Source: Selaginella moellendorffii (taxonomy: Eukaryota; Plantae; Lycopodiophyta). Taken from it: a DNA stretch of 64,000 bases. Shown piece by piece: positions 51,017 to 64,000 of the stretch. The stretch spans positions 515,410 through 579,409 of the forward strand of contig NW_003314355.1 of assembly GCF_000143415.4 (NCBI RefSeq), in the 5' to 3' direction. Below the pieces are notes generated by a model. That model was not told the DNA's origin. It made no database searches and saw only the letters and a program-made list of their open reading frames with translations. Within the stretch, counting starts at the first letter, position 1; every line of letters begins with the position of its first letter. Position numbers and translations under genes: made by a program.

Positions 51017-52384
51017 ATGCCAAAGCTCGAGGAGGAGGAGGATGCCGCCCCCATCAGCTCGTTCACCAGGAGCAAGCGCAAGGCCGAGGGTGAGTGATCA
51101 AGCTAGATTTCTTTGATCTCTTGTGGCTGGCTCACAGCGCTAGCCCTTGGCCCTTGGCAGGGATCTATTTGTCACCAGCTCGCAAGCGCGTCTCTGGAGG
51201 CAAAGCTCGCGAGGATCGCGACACACTGTTTGTAGATTTGGAGTGCCAGGTGAGAGATTTTCCTTTCTCTCCTTGACTTAAGTTTGTTTCTCCCTTTTAG
51301 CCGCCACAAGAGGAGCGGCACTCCCTAATGGAAACCATCTTCTCTCCTGTTCTTCACCTGTTTAAAGGAATCGGTGGAGAGTGCTTCTCGTCTTCGAGCA
51401 GCACCGCCACCACAGGTATGTATCGCTCAGTTTCCTCGCGCTAGCTAACAATCACTCTCGGGAAACCACAGTGGTCATTGAAGCCGCCAGGAGCAATCAC
51501 GACGACAAGGCTCGTGAACTCTTGCGTGATTTCGATCCTTACTTGTTCATCAAGCATCTGCCAGATCCCTCCCTGGTTCTCTCGCCATGCCGGAAGTTCT
51601 TACTCCCTCGTCGGACGAGACGCTGCCCTCCAGTTGCCTTAGTTCTTGACCTCGATGGTAAGCGGAAAAAGAAGCTCTTTTCCAATTTTTTTCTCATAGA
51701 TTTCCTTGTTTTGGCAGAGACCCTCGTACACTCGACAACGGATCACTGTGGAAACGCCGACTTTAGCTTCTCGTTGCATGCCAACTTCCAACGCCAGACC
51801 GTCTACGTCCGTCGCAGGCCTCACCTCCAAATGTTTATGGAGAGAGTCGCCCAACTCTTTGAGATCATCGTTTTCACGGCGAGCCAGAGCACGTACGCGG
51901 AGAAGCTGCTCAACATCCTCGACCCCAAGCGGAAGGTTTTCCGGCACAGGATCTTCCGGGACTCGTGTGTTCTCGTCGACGGGAACTACCTCAAGGACTT
52001 GAGTGTTCTTGGCCGCGATCTCTCCAAGACCGTCATCGTAGACAACTCTCCACAGGTATGGCCCGGGTTTACTTCTTCCTCTTTCCTTTCTCAAAGCTTT
52101 TACTTTGCTCAACGTTTTCTCGCTTGCTTCTTTGCTTGCAGGCATTCGGTTTCCAAGTAGACAATGGCATTCCGATCGAGAGCTGGTTTGACGATGAAGC
52201 CGACTGCGCGCTTGCATCACTTTTGCCGTTTCTCGAGTCTCTGGCCAGCGCAGAGGACGTGCGTCCTATAATTGCAAGCGCGTACAAACTGCGCCAAAAG
52301 ATCCAAGCCGCCAGCGATCCTCCATGGCTGAGGCATTGCGTGCACGAGAATGAAAAGCAAGCAGTAAGTAAAATCACACTGTAA
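51017..52384 (+). CDS. SCP1-like/CTD small phosphatase-like HAD protein, multi-exon
   Basis: LVLDLD|[37 protein letters not shown]. Confidence 0.92.
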
Positions 52385-52487
52385 TTGGTTTAGTTTTTAG
52401 ATCTTGTCCAGGTATGTATGCAAGGACAATGGATTTTATCATAGGACTCGACTTATCTATCATTTTTGTGCATTTAGCACTTCAAGT

Positions 52488-53369
52488 TCACACTTTTACC
52501 ATCCCGACTTTCACATTTTCACCGCCATTTCCGGATCCGCTTCCGCTTCCGCTTCCAAATCCGCTCCCTGAGCCTGAGCCATAACCACTTCCACTACCCG
52601 AGCCAGATCCCGAACCTGAACCAAAGCCACTCCCAGACCCGGAACCACTTCCGAACCCACTCCCACTCCCCGAACCACTTCCAAAGCCACTTCCCGAACC
52701 AGAACCACTCCCACTACCACTTCCTGAACCAGATCCACGTCCAGTTCCACTTCCATAGCCACTCCCCGAACCAGAACCATGTCCGCTTCCTGAGCCTGAA
52801 CCACGTCCCGTGCCTGTCCCACTCCCCGTTCCACTTCCGTAGCCACTTCCAGAACCCGAACCACGTCCAACGCCTGTCCCACTCCCTGTGCCACTCCCCG
52901 TACCACTTCCGTAGCCACTTCCAGAACCCGAACCACGTCCAATGCCACTCCCAGTTCCACTTCCAAAGCCACTTCCGGAACCTGTTCCACTTCCAAAGCC
53001 ACTTCCGGAACCTGAACCATATCCAGTGCCTGTCCCGCTTCCAGTTCCACTTCCGAAGCCACTTCCAGAACCCGAACCACGTCCAGTGCCTGTCCCGCTC
53101 CCACTACCACTTCCAAAGCCACTTCCGGAACCTGAACCACGTCCAGTTCCTACACCAGTTCCACTTCCCAAACCAGTTCCAGAGCCCCTTCCTTCACCAG
53201 CATTATGTTTTAACCCATTGCCTTTCTTAAGTTTTCCAAGACTTTCATTTTTTGTGACCTCAAGAGATTTGTCCCGGGCATCCACAATGCAGAAGAGTGC
53301 AAAGAGAAGCAAGATGCAAGCAACTCCACCAAACTTGATAAGGCTCTTGCTAGTGCTACTGGATGCCAT
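52488..53369 (-). CDS. Secreted Gly/Ser-rich repetitive protein (cell-wall GRP-like)
   Basis: Signal peptide, then a long (GS/GT)n tract punctuated by F/Y/R. Confidence 0.8.
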   Translation of the reverse strand: MASSSTSKSLIKFGGVACILLLFALFCIVDARDKSLEVTKNESLGKLKKGNGLKHNAGEGRGSGTGLGSGTGVGTGRGSGSGSGFGSGSGSGTGTGRGSGSGSGFGSGTGSGTGTGYGSGSGSGFGSGTGSGSGFGSGTGSGIGRGSGSGSGYGSGTGSGTGSGTGVGRGSGSGSGYGSGTGSGTGTGRGSGSGSGHGSGSGSGYGSGTGRGSGSGSGSGSGSGSGSGFGSGSGSGSGFGSGSGSGSGFGSGSGSGSGSGSGYGSGSGSGFGSGSGSGSGNGGENVKVGMVKV

Positions 53370-53659
53370 TTTGGATTGGCACATTTCCAGGCTCGCAAGC
53401 TGGGAATTTATTTCGATTTGCAAAGACTTTTCGTAGCCACCATTAAGCCCACTATGAAAAGAATATAAAGAAAGAAAAAGTCCAGCTTGACATATGATTA
53501 ACACGCACAAAGTAAAGTTTCAAGTCAAATGTTCTATGATGTCTTGACAATTAACGGTAGTTGCTGTGATAGAAACATCAGGAACTTTTATATTGGAATC
53601 AAAAGTAGCTATATTTTAGTCATTAGTGCTTCTACTTGGTACTATAAAGTGATCACGTT

Positions 53660-54091
53660 TTAATGTTTGTGACCAGGACCCGAGCTTCCAGATCCATAGC
53701 CATAACCATATCCAGAGCCACCTCCAGAGCCACTCCCATAGCCATAGCCATATCCTGATCCAGAAGATCCAGCGCCAGAACCAGACCCAAATCCACCACC
53801 ACCACCTCCACTTTTGCCACCACCGTGGTGGTGATTACTGGAGGATGACTTGTGTTTGTGCGAGCCAGACGAAGCATAGCTTCCACTCCCGCTTCTCGCG
53901 TCTTGGCCGGAACCAGATCCAAATCCATAGCCACTTCCAGACCCATGGCGGCCAGAGACATGGGAGTGAGAGCTACTCGTTGAAGGACCTCTGGAGCTTT
54001 TCTTGTAGTCATCCTCCGCCATCCCTGGAGCTAACACCAACAAGACGAGCAAGCAAGCCAAGAACAGGATGAGAAAACTACTATTCGCCAT
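53660..54091 (-). CDS. Secreted Gly/Ser/Tyr-rich protein
   Basis: Signal peptide MANSSFLILFLACLLVLLV, GSG/GYG repeats. Confidence 0.8.
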   Translation of the reverse strand: MANSSFLILFLACLLVLLVLAPGMAEDDYKKSSRGPSTSSSHSHVSGRHGSGSGYGFGSGSGQDARSGSGSYASSGSHKHKSSSSNHHHGGGKSGGGGGGFGSGSGAGSSGSGYGYGYGSGSGGGSGYGYGYGSGSSGPGHKH

Positions 54092-54252
54092 GGTGGATGT
54101 TTGTGATTCCCATGGCTTTTTATCCAAGTAGAGATGGTGGAAGTCATTATTCCTTCTCTTTGTCTAGTGGGAATTCCACCGACTTAACGCTCGGTGATTC
54201 TCGTTTGCTTGGCGATGCCGAACGATCAAAACTTTGATTTATGAAACCGGGA

Positions 54253-56367
54253 TCACGACATCAGCGGATCATCTAACGAGAGTGATGCAAGATCCGGCGG
54301 GATGAGCCTCTGTTGCGAGTCTCTCAGCACCTCCATGGCCTCGGAAACCTTGAGATTGAGAGCTTCGGGAGACTCGAGCAAGTGAAGTACCTCGGTTTGG
54401 TCCATCTCCAGGAGCATGCCCGTGATCTTCCCGGCGTGGTTGTGCTCTATGCAGTCAACCAGTGGATACAGCTGCTCGCCCAACATCTGCAAAGAAAATG
54501 AGAAAAGATCGTCACATGAATCGGTACTTCCACTTTGCACTCACTATGCGTTGCTGCTCCGGCGTCGCGGATGCCAAATGAGACGCCAAGACCGCCAAGA
54601 ACGAGTTGTTTCCATACGCAGGCGTCCTAGAGTTGCTACCGTGGAAGGTGCTTTCCCGTTGCATAAACTAGATCACAGAACGAAGTTGGATCAACAACAC
54701 AGAGTGAGAGCGACACACAGACCTGCTGGAACGGGACCCTTGCGTGACCCTGCTGCCTTTGAGGAGGAAAGAAACCGGGCATCTGTCCAACATTGGGCCT
54801 CACCATTGCAAAACCTGCAGGCTGATGCGACGATGTGTGGAGAAGCCAAAAACTGGATCAAGTGGCTTACCTGTTGAGGAACCATTGGTGCTGGCCGGCT
54901 GTAAAGAAGCTGTTGTCCAACTGCGGAATAGAGCGGCGGTGGAGGAAAGTTGACGGGGCCTCGTGAGGCAAACTGCGCCTGGGAAGAGAAGAATCACACA
55001 AGAATCAGTAGGAGGAAAAGAGTGGCGATTGTACTATGGGCTACCTCTAGTTTGGCTTTCCTCTCTTCTTTCTTCTGTGCCATGGCAACGTAAAGAGGCT
55101 TGCTTCCAATCATCTTCCCGTTCATTTGAGCCACCTGCGAGACAAAAGAGTAATCGTGAGTGACGCCGTCCGGCGTACTGGTTTACTTACTGCTCGGAGT
55201 GCCGCGTCGGAGGTACTGAAGGCAACGAACCCGGAGCCTTTGCTGTGGCCGAGAGGGTCCCTCATTACCTTGCACGAAGTCACGTTTCCAAACGCCGAGA
55301 ACATGTCTTTGAGCTTCTCATCGTCTATGCCGTCGTCCAAGTTCTTGAGATACAAATTCGTCGGTGACTTGTCCTCGGTGTCTTTCCGCTCGTGCTCGAA
55401 CTTGGCTTTCAGCTCCGCCTCCCTCTCGTTCTTCTTCTGTGCACGGCTAACGTACAGCTCCTTGTCCTGGAAGGTTGTCCCGTGCAGATCTTCCACAGCC
55501 TTAACAGCGTCCTCGGGGTTCTCAAAGTTGACAAAGCCGAAACACTTTGACTTGCCATCCACCTCCTTCATCACCACCGCACTACTAATGGGACCAAAGA
55601 CCCCGAAAAGCTTCTGGAGGTCCTCGTCGGTAGTGATCTCGGACAGGTTCTTCACGAAAACGTTGTTGAACTTGGAAGCCGGGGGGTCTCTTTCCTGTCG
55701 ACGAACAAAAGGTCCCACAAAGAGCTGCTTGTCGTGTAAAGTTGTACCATTGATCTTCTCAATCGCCGTGTGAGCGGCGTCTTCGGTGTCAAACTGGACG
55801 AACCCATGACCTTTGGAGACGTTGGATACATCGAGGGCGATCTTGCACGAGAGAATCTTGCCGTAAGGTGAAAACAGATCATGGAGAGCCTTGTTGTCGA
55901 TGCTCTTATCCAAATTCTGCAAGAGAAAAAGGACTAGAATCAGTCCAGCTCTTTTTCTAACAGAAAAAAGAGAGAACATACCTTGACGAACAAGTTCCCG
56001 GAGCCACTTTTGCGAATACTGGGATCACGATATGAGAACATTATCCTCACAGGCTTCCCATTGACCGGCATGAAATTCAGCTCCTCTATCGCTCGAGAAG
56101 CTGGTAGACAAGAGAATTCAATCACAAGAGAAACAAAAGAAAACGCAAGAAAGAAGCCTCACCGTCTTGGGTGTTGTTGTAATTGACATAGGCATATCCC
56201 AGAGAGCGCTTGGTAACCATGTCGCGGCACAGCCTCACAGACATGACATTCCCGATTTGCTTGAAAATGTCGAAGATCTGAGCTTCGTTGACACTGGGAT
56301 CCAAGTCTCCCACGTAGAGAGCCGTCGACGCGAAGGGCGAGCGAGGCGGCGAGGTTTCCTGCGCCAT
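54253..56367 (-). CDS. PABP: Polyadenylate-binding protein (4 RRMs + PABC/MLLE), multi-exon
   Basis: [46 protein letters not shown]. Confidence 0.95.
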
Positions 56368-57117
56368 ATCTCTCCCCTTTCCCTGATTCTACTGCCTAGA
56401 TTTCTAGATTTCTGCTGCTACTACCTCGAGGAATGGATTGGAAACTGATGGCGAGACGCGAATCCAAGGCCCCCCTCGCCGGGGCTGACGGCGGAGCACA
56501 GCCTCACCTAGGTTTTACTGGACGGTATATTCGCATCAATTTGTAATTTGGACTGATTTGATAACCCTAAAATAGATAATTAAACTTTAACATTTAATTG
56601 TTTCAAACATTTAGTTTTGTGAGTGTGTTAGAAAGGGAATACAAAAATGTACAAATAAATTAACCAAAAAACCTAATTTATATATAAAAGTTATTGGTCC
56701 AAATTGAAATTAATATATCGCATTGAACCTTATATCATCCTCTCCTGGAAGAATGAAAGGCAATTAAGGTTCTTTAATTGATGGCTTGGGATTTAAATGA
56801 ACATTAAGAAAAGACACTGATGGATCTATAGGTGGTACTAATTGTTTGTGATTCATTTGTACAAAGTATTTTAATTGTTGCATATGCATAAATTTTGGAG
56901 GATTAACCTGTTAAATGTCATACCAAACCTCATAAACTTGTAGTTCAATTTGTTGCAACACCCAATACGGTCCCTTCCATTGAGCAAAAAACCCTTTAAA
57001 TAAACCATATACTGTAAAATTGGGAAAATAATCTAACATTAAGTTGTCCACTTTATATTTTATAGATAGATGATAATGCTTGTTAATATGGTCCCTTCAA
57101 TTAATCAAGAAGCCCCT

Positions 57118-58690
57118 TGTGAGACACAAAATCCCAAGGCCCCAAAGTGGAGCCGGAAAGGGTGCCACGTGGTAGTGGCCAAATGAGCAGAACATGTTTA
57201 GACTAAAAACTCCGACTTGGAAGGTCGAGAGCGGGAGTGGAAAAGTGCTCGAGGAGCGAGCACGAGGCAACCAATAAGCAAGGCTCCAAAAGGGGACCCA
57301 GAAAGGGCCAACACATGACACGTGGAAGTGTCCGAGATGGACCCGAAATGGAGTCCAAGATGGAGTCCGAGATGGACCCGAGATGGAGTTCGAGATGGAC
57401 CTGAGATGGAGTTCGAGATGGACTCGAGATGGAGTCCGAGATGGATCCGAGATGGAGTCCAAGATGGAGTCCGAGATGGACCCGAGATGGAGTCTGAGAT
57501 GGACCTGAGATGGAGTCCGAGATGGACCTGAGATGGAGTCCGAGATGAAATTGAGACCGAGACCGAGACCGAGACCGAGTCCTAGTCCGAAACCGGGACT
57601 GAGACCGAGTCTAAGTCCGAGTCTGAATACTAATATAGGCAATTGGGTGAAAGCCCAAAGCGATCGTCCCCCGGGGGAGGGGGGGCTGCGGGGGGTTCCA
57701 AAAGTATAGTAGGGAGAGTGTGGGGGTTGGAGCCCAGTGGAGCCAGTTTGGCCAGGAAAGGCCAGTTTGGCCCAGGAAAGGCCAGTTTGGCCCAGGAAGG
57801 CCAGTTTGGCCCAGGAAGGCCATACCCAGTGTTGGGTGATGAATTGACCATTGTGAAGTCCAAGACTAGAGTGAATACAGACCGACAAGCAAGGTAGCTT
57901 GGTGAAGTGTTCAAGAGCCGGCTTTAGTTCCCCCGGGAGATTGACTGGCTAATGCTCCCAGTCCAAGTGTGGGTGGCACTACTTACTTGGATACTAGGCA
58001 TGTCTTAACGGAACCTCGCTCTAAGCCCATGGCTAGAGCACCCAAAAGCAGAAGGCGGGGAGAGTACCCAGGAGGCCCGCGTAAGGCCATAGTGTTCCAA
58101 AATGCTGTCCCAAAGTCCCAGGCTATGGAAAGGAAGAGTAGTGATCCTCGGGTGTGGTGACCAATGACACGGTCATATGGTGAGGAAGTCCCAGAGGACA
58201 GTGGGACTTGGTGGTCGGGCCTGTGGGCCTTGATCCAGTGGCAGTGTTGGTGAACATGGCCATGGATAAAAAAGGATCTTGGTGGGGACTGTTAAAGGGA
58301 TATTGGGGAAGGCTGTTCCCCATGTCTACGGGCATCTTAAGGATGCTAAGGAGTGGACCTAGGATGGTCACTCATGGACGGATGGCCTAGTCTTTGAGAG
58401 ACGGGACGGCGATGCAGGTGGTGTTGGACCACCAGTGTGACCAAGGTGAATAGGCATGGCCTTAACATAATGGGCCAGTATGTCGGTGGTACTTTGGGGT
58501 GTCGATCATGAGATCGGACACGTGGAGCACTTGGACCATGTGCAAAGGTTGAGTGGCGGGGATGCCATTCTCGGGGCTAACAAGCCCAAGCCTAAAATAG
58601 GACTTATGGAGGTTGTGAGTGAGACTCCTCCAAGTGGTCAGAGGTGTGGTTAAATGACTAAAGTAGAATGGAAAAATTTAGTCGCTTACA
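57118..58690 (+). mobile_element. Solo LTR of the microsatellite-LTR family
   Basis: TGTGAGAC...GCTTACA, TSD CCCCT (57113-57117, 58691-58695). Confidence 0.93.
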
Positions 58691-58799
58691 CCCCTTAAAT
58701 AAACCATATACCGTAAAATTGGAAAAATAGGTTAACACCAAATCATCCACTTTATACTCCATAAGTAGATGATAATGGGAGTTATAATGCAATTGTTCC

Positions 58800-61300
58800 A
58801 CTTGTACAGGGCTTAAATGTTTAGCAAACTCTATTTGGACAAGTGAAAGAATGCTCGTCAAATACTGATCCTAGGACTTAGCATCAATAGATTATAGCAA
58901 TTGCGAAAGTAAACTCAACTCCATTGGTAATATTGGATTATGACTATATAGAAGTTTATATAGTGAAACACTAATAGAACTCTATACCCTATGATATACG
59001 CATACTGAAGAGACAGCAAATAACTATATCAATTTGAATGTTGAAAGTTCACATTCCCTTTGAAGGTCTAGACGAGTTGTTCCACCAAACCATTCGTTTG
59101 TGGATGATAAACATTTGTGAAAGTGTGGCATATGCCCAGCCAAGATGTTAAAACATGAAATGCCTTAGCGATAATAGGACCATTATCCAAGAGAATACAC
59201 TCTGGACAAAAATATTAGAACATCATTTGATTAAAGAAAAAATATTTAATAGTAGTTACTGATGCATTAGAAAGAGCACCAACTTCCACCTAGTAAGTTA
59301 AGTAGTTAAATCCAATAATGACATACTTATTGCCATGGAAAAAGCCCCATCAAATCAAATGCTACCAACTCATATAGATGAGAAATTGCAATTAACTTTA
59401 ATCATCTTTCCGTAACAAAAAAAGGGAGTATTATGGGTTTGGCACCAAACAAAACTATGCATATATTAAATAACATTATGTTGCATTTCCAGGCAATAAA
59501 AAGACTTACTTAGCTTTTTAGTCACATATCAATGTCCCATATATCCGCCTAAAATAGGAGAGTCATAAGTATGGAAAAAGTGTAGAATAAATATTGAAGG
59601 TACCATCAGCTATAAATGATCATCAAGATCAGTCATAATAAAATAAAGTAGATTGTCCTTAAGGCAATATTGAAAATGTAAATACTAAAATGGCAAATCA
59701 TTAGCAAATGATGCAAAATTTTCAAGCCTTTGGATCCATGACTCAACTTTTTAATCCTTATGAACCTTGTCAAGAGAAGGTAAATCTTATTTTGCATCTT
59801 GTAAACATTAAATATCAAATACAGCAACTGCCGATGGTACATAATCCTCATTCAAAAACTCCACAGATGCTAGAACAATAGGCTTATCAAGAACAAAAGA
59901 AGAGAGAGAAGAAGAAAGAGGAGCTCAAGAAAGGGGATTAATATTAGCTATAAAATTCTATGGGTGATGAATAACCTCAAAATTATATGTTTGAAACTTT
60001 AAAGCTTACTGAGCAATACAACCAATTAAATTTTTCTGCTTCAATAATAAAGTAACCATAACATAATCACCTTTTAACAATGTTCAAGAACCATACAAAT
60101 ACACATGAAGTTTCTCAAAACCCTAAATTATTGTTAAACACTCCTTTATTGTGGAGTAGTTCACTTTTACTAGTTGTAATATATAATTAATGTATGCAAT
60201 AGAATGATGCTAGCTAGGCTCATTCATACTTTTCTACATTAAAACACCCTAAAATTGATATCTGAAGCATTCACATGCAAAATGAAAGGTAAAGTGTAAT
60301 CAAGATACACTAAAATTAAATGTAATGCATGTGATTATGGGATGAAATTTGGATATACTGTCACCATGATCCTTAAAATCTTAGGGGATAAATGGGGATA
60401 AAATAGCCATTAAGGGCTCTCTCATCAAACAATTGCCCCTTTTTCAGTTGTTTTAAGGGGAGAAAGACACTAGAATAGTTATTAACAGCTATTTGAGATC
60501 TGTAAATGTATATTTGTAGTCCTCAAACCAAATGAAAGATGACGTTGATAACTTCAACAACACTTACAACGGTATAATGTGATAAAAAAGATGATCAACA
60601 AAATGACTAAGATATTGCACATTGCTCAAGAAGTGTTATATATTATTTACACACTTCAGAGTAGGGAACTTTTGAATAGCCATAAGTTTGTCATAATCAA
60701 TTTACAAACCTTCATGAGAAATATGGTACTCAAGATAAGTCATGTTTTTGAATCAAACACTTATTTTAAGTTTTAAACCAACTTTCCGCAACCAATTCAA
60801 CACCTTCTGAACATCACAGATGTGCTCCTTTTATGTCCTTTTTGATTGGATCAAGACATCATCAATGAAGTCAACAGTCACCTTCAGCATATCAAACAAA
60901 ACCTCATCTATTATCCACTAGAAAGTCACTAAAGCATTATACAAACTAAACAGCATTACCAAGAATTCATATAAATCAAATGGTTTATAAAAAACAATCT
61001 TAGGAACATCATTTTAGCCATTGGCACTTACTATTACTCAAAAGCAAAATTTAACTTGGTGAATTAATAACTTCTCCCCAAAAAATCCAAAAAATCAATA
61101 GTGTAAGGAAGAGGATACATATCCAAGATAGTTATGTTGTTTAACGGTCGATAATCAATGCAGAAATAAATACTCTCATCAAGCTTCGTGACAAGATAAG
61201 GTTCACATGCCCAAAGATTCTATAACTTTTGAATAATACCCTTTTTTAACATCTCTCTCATGTTTGCACATAAAATTTTGATATCCTTTGACGACCGACA
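58800..61300 (-). mobile_element. Highly decayed Ty3/gypsy pol (RT to integrase)
   Basis: Minus-strand remnants FCIDYRPLN, LYEFLVM, DFIDDVLI, ELVAFDL, ILLDNGP, YHPQTNGLVE. Confidence 0.8.
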
Positions 61301-63047
61301 ATAAATAAAAATCTTGATTGGATGAACATCCCTAGTGTGTTGCAATCTTGGTCCTAAACGACATGTTAAATTCAAGAAAATCAACATACTCCTTTATGAG
61401 TTGGCCAACCATTGCAATATAAAAACTATTGCCGATTTGAAAAGGGAATAGAAAAACAAGATAGAAGTATAAGAGGGAGTAATGGGGAGACAAAAGTGAA
61501 AAAAACAAAAGTAAAACTAGAAGAATGAAGAAGAATAAAAATGAGAGGAATGGAAAAAATATGAAAAAATATGAAACAATATCTTTATGGCAGAGCAGTA
61601 GCTTCTTCCTCTTTTGACTCTAGAGTAGTAGTTGATATAGTTGCTTGATGCTATACGATTGCAATTAAACAATTGGTTTAATCACTTTATAATGATTGCC
61701 ACATATCATTTTTAGAATGATGCTCAACATTTCCATTAGTTTTTTGCATGTTTATAAGGGACAACACTACAGTGGTATAATGGTTTGAGCATAGCCATTT
61801 GTACAGATTGGAGCATTCTTTTAGATGCCTTCAAACTTGTATTTGGATATATTGAAGATTATGATGATGCATTCCAACAATTGCATTATCTTTGTTAAGG
61901 GCAATTTGTTTTTATATTTATATTTATATTTATATAAAAACTTGGTTTTGATGTCTACTATTGGGTATGTGATAAAGTTAGTCACACTTATTGGCATTGT
62001 TGGTGTTTTTTGGATTGGTGACCTCTATTTCTCAAATGAAAACCTTAGCATCAACAACATATTATTGGTGTTGTTGTGTTGGAAAGACTAAACACCAAGA
62101 TTTTATTAGGAAATGAGGAGTCATATTAGTTATGGAGGGATTTTGCGTGAATAAGTCAATGATTTATTCATCTTTCTTTCAAGAGTATCATCAAAGGGTT
62201 CATTTAGCATTAGCTCATCCAATGTTTACTTTCTAACCTTGTCTTATAATAAGAGGTTTTCTATTATTTTCTCTATATTAATTGATATAAGCTTGAGTTT
62301 ATCTTCTATTAGTCAACCTCTTGCCACATGTAACTATATATATTTGTGTTATGTGGTAGAGTTAATTTTCATTCTTTATGGCAATGGCTGTACATCCTTA
62401 TTTTTGGCAAGGATGAAACAAACCTTGTTATATGTGTGCGTAATTTTAAGTTTGAGCTTTAATCATTATGTTGAGCCAAGCTTTTGACTTCTAGATTGAT
62501 TACAGCACAATTATATTAAATGCAAAAAAGAAAATATTAAAAAAACTATAAAGAAAAGGAGATCTAGACAATGTAAAAGCTAGATTTAAACCAAAATCCC
62601 AAATCCAAGCACTCCTAAGGGATAATCAAAATTTCACTAATGTGAAGGTATGAAATGTAGAAATGGAATCTAGAAATATGCATATCAATTAGCATAAAAA
62701 CCTTATATACATAAGCAAATAGTCCAAATTGAAACTAATCTAATAGCTATCGAAATTAATCCAATAGCTATCAAAATCCATTATATCCATACACTTGGAC
62801 TTCACAACCACAATTTAACACAAAAATATAAATATATATTTAGACATAAAACATAATTTTTTTAAAATCATCAATAATATGATTAAAACCCACTCCATAA
62901 TTATAGTTTTTATATTAATCTAAACCTTATTGGTTATAGTTATTAACTAATATAAGTACTTACTTATATGTATATTTCCACTAATATAAAAGTAAGGTTG
63001 AACATACTATTTGCTGAGTAATTCTATTGTTATTATAGACAAATGGA

Positions 63048-64000
63048 TTAGACATTGTCTTGGTAGCATGAATTTCTCTTGATGACGTACTCGATGAAAA
63101 ACACAGCCATTGGCACTGCTGCAATCAATCCCCACACCCCCAGGGCGTGCTCCGCAAAAACCAAGACACCCAATGCTAGAAGAGGATGTAGTTTCAGGTG
63201 AGCTGCGAAAAACAAGAGGAACTTAGACGCTATTTTTATAATTGTTTTTCTACCTGAATATATTGCAGGATTTAGCACGTACGCTTCCAAAGCGTGAATG
63301 AGTATTACCATCAAAACCACCAAGCTCAGTTGTAAGAATCCAGTCCTGATAGAAAATAAAAGGACAAACCCAACGATTAAATGTGTGCGAAGGAAGCAAA
63401 ACACTTACTCCACAAAAGCTACAATTCCAATGGGAACCGTCGAGATTATAACTCCAGCCACGGGTACGAAGGAGCACAAGAACACCAGCAATGAAAGCCA
63501 TCCTACTCCAGATACTCTCAACGCCAGGAGGCCTAAGCTTGTCAAAACTGTGTTTACCAATGCGATGGTGCTCTGTGCCTGTAAAGCTTTTCCAAAAATT
63601 TGCCCGAATGTGGCCACCTGAGGTCATCGTTCAGAGAAATAAAAAAAGAGAAGAAAAAAACAACTCACCACGGGTGCTATCTCCTCATATACAACAGAGA
63701 GCCTAGTTTGTTTCAGCGATTGGATACCTGCTTTTACAGAAGGCGCATCCCAGACAAAGAGGAAGGAAAATATTAAACTAACAAAACTCTGAAGCACGAG
63801 AAACAAGAACAAAAGAAAAGAAAAGAAAAACAAAAAAATTCATTACTTTCTGTGTTAATGCGTTGGAAATGGCTAACCTGCAGTGCGAAACGACTTGTTG
63901 CAGAGATGAGAGTTGCTAGCCAAGCTACCATCGCTCCTGAGTACTCCTTTATCAGCTGCTGAAAAATTATGGACCTTTGAGCGGTGTTACCGGCCATGGA
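63048..64000 (-). CDS. AI-2E (UPF0118)-family membrane protein, 3' exons
   Basis: FLCSFVPVAG, EAYVLNPAIYS|AHLKLHPLL, GVWGLIAAVP; multiple hydrophobic segments. Confidence 0.8.

Noticed and set aside
51017-52384. Nearby host CTD phosphatase as the source of the transposon HAD domain
   Set aside because: Different subfamily signature (DLDETL versus DLNGVL) and no visible nucleotide similarity.
52511-53436. Val-rich and Pro-rich ORFs overlapping the Gly-Ser gene
   Set aside because: Alternative frame and antisense readings of the same repeat; only the Gly-Ser frame has a signal peptide.

Overview
Plant nuclear DNA. Very short introns, dense genes and a PLS-type PPR gene suggest a compact genome such as the lycophyte Selaginella (inference). 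Bases 1-37.3 kb are a nest of transposons. Two copies of a non-coding LTR element with hexamer-microsatellite LTRs (one complete at 15427-35838, TSD TTTCT, inserted in a decayed Ty3/gypsy pol) each carry an insertion of a large cut-and-paste DNA transposon. The complete copy (17776-30941, 13.2 kb, 24-bp TIRs, TAAT TSD) encodes a Sola1-like DDD transposase. Divergently, it encodes a multi-exon cargo gene that I read as ParB/Srx-like domain + degenerate beta-class DNA-methyltransferase-like fold + acidic linker + FCP1-like HAD phosphatase. The element is studded with about 25-28 copies of a 24-bp palindrome (AATGGCRTG-N6-CAYGCCATT), mostly in introns, promoters and linkers; I did not see the motif outside the two copies. 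This ParB-like protein plus dispersed palindrome arrangement is the best candidate for a novel system. Bases 38-56.5 kb are ordinary housekeeping genes (F-box, U11/U12-65K, PPR, TIPIN, tRNA-Pro, PP2C, COG6, ankyrin, CTD phosphatase, two Gly/Ser-rich proteins, PABP). They are followed by a solo LTR, a decayed gypsy pol and the 3' part of an AI-2E-type membrane protein gene. All domain calls are by eye from motifs; no searches were run.
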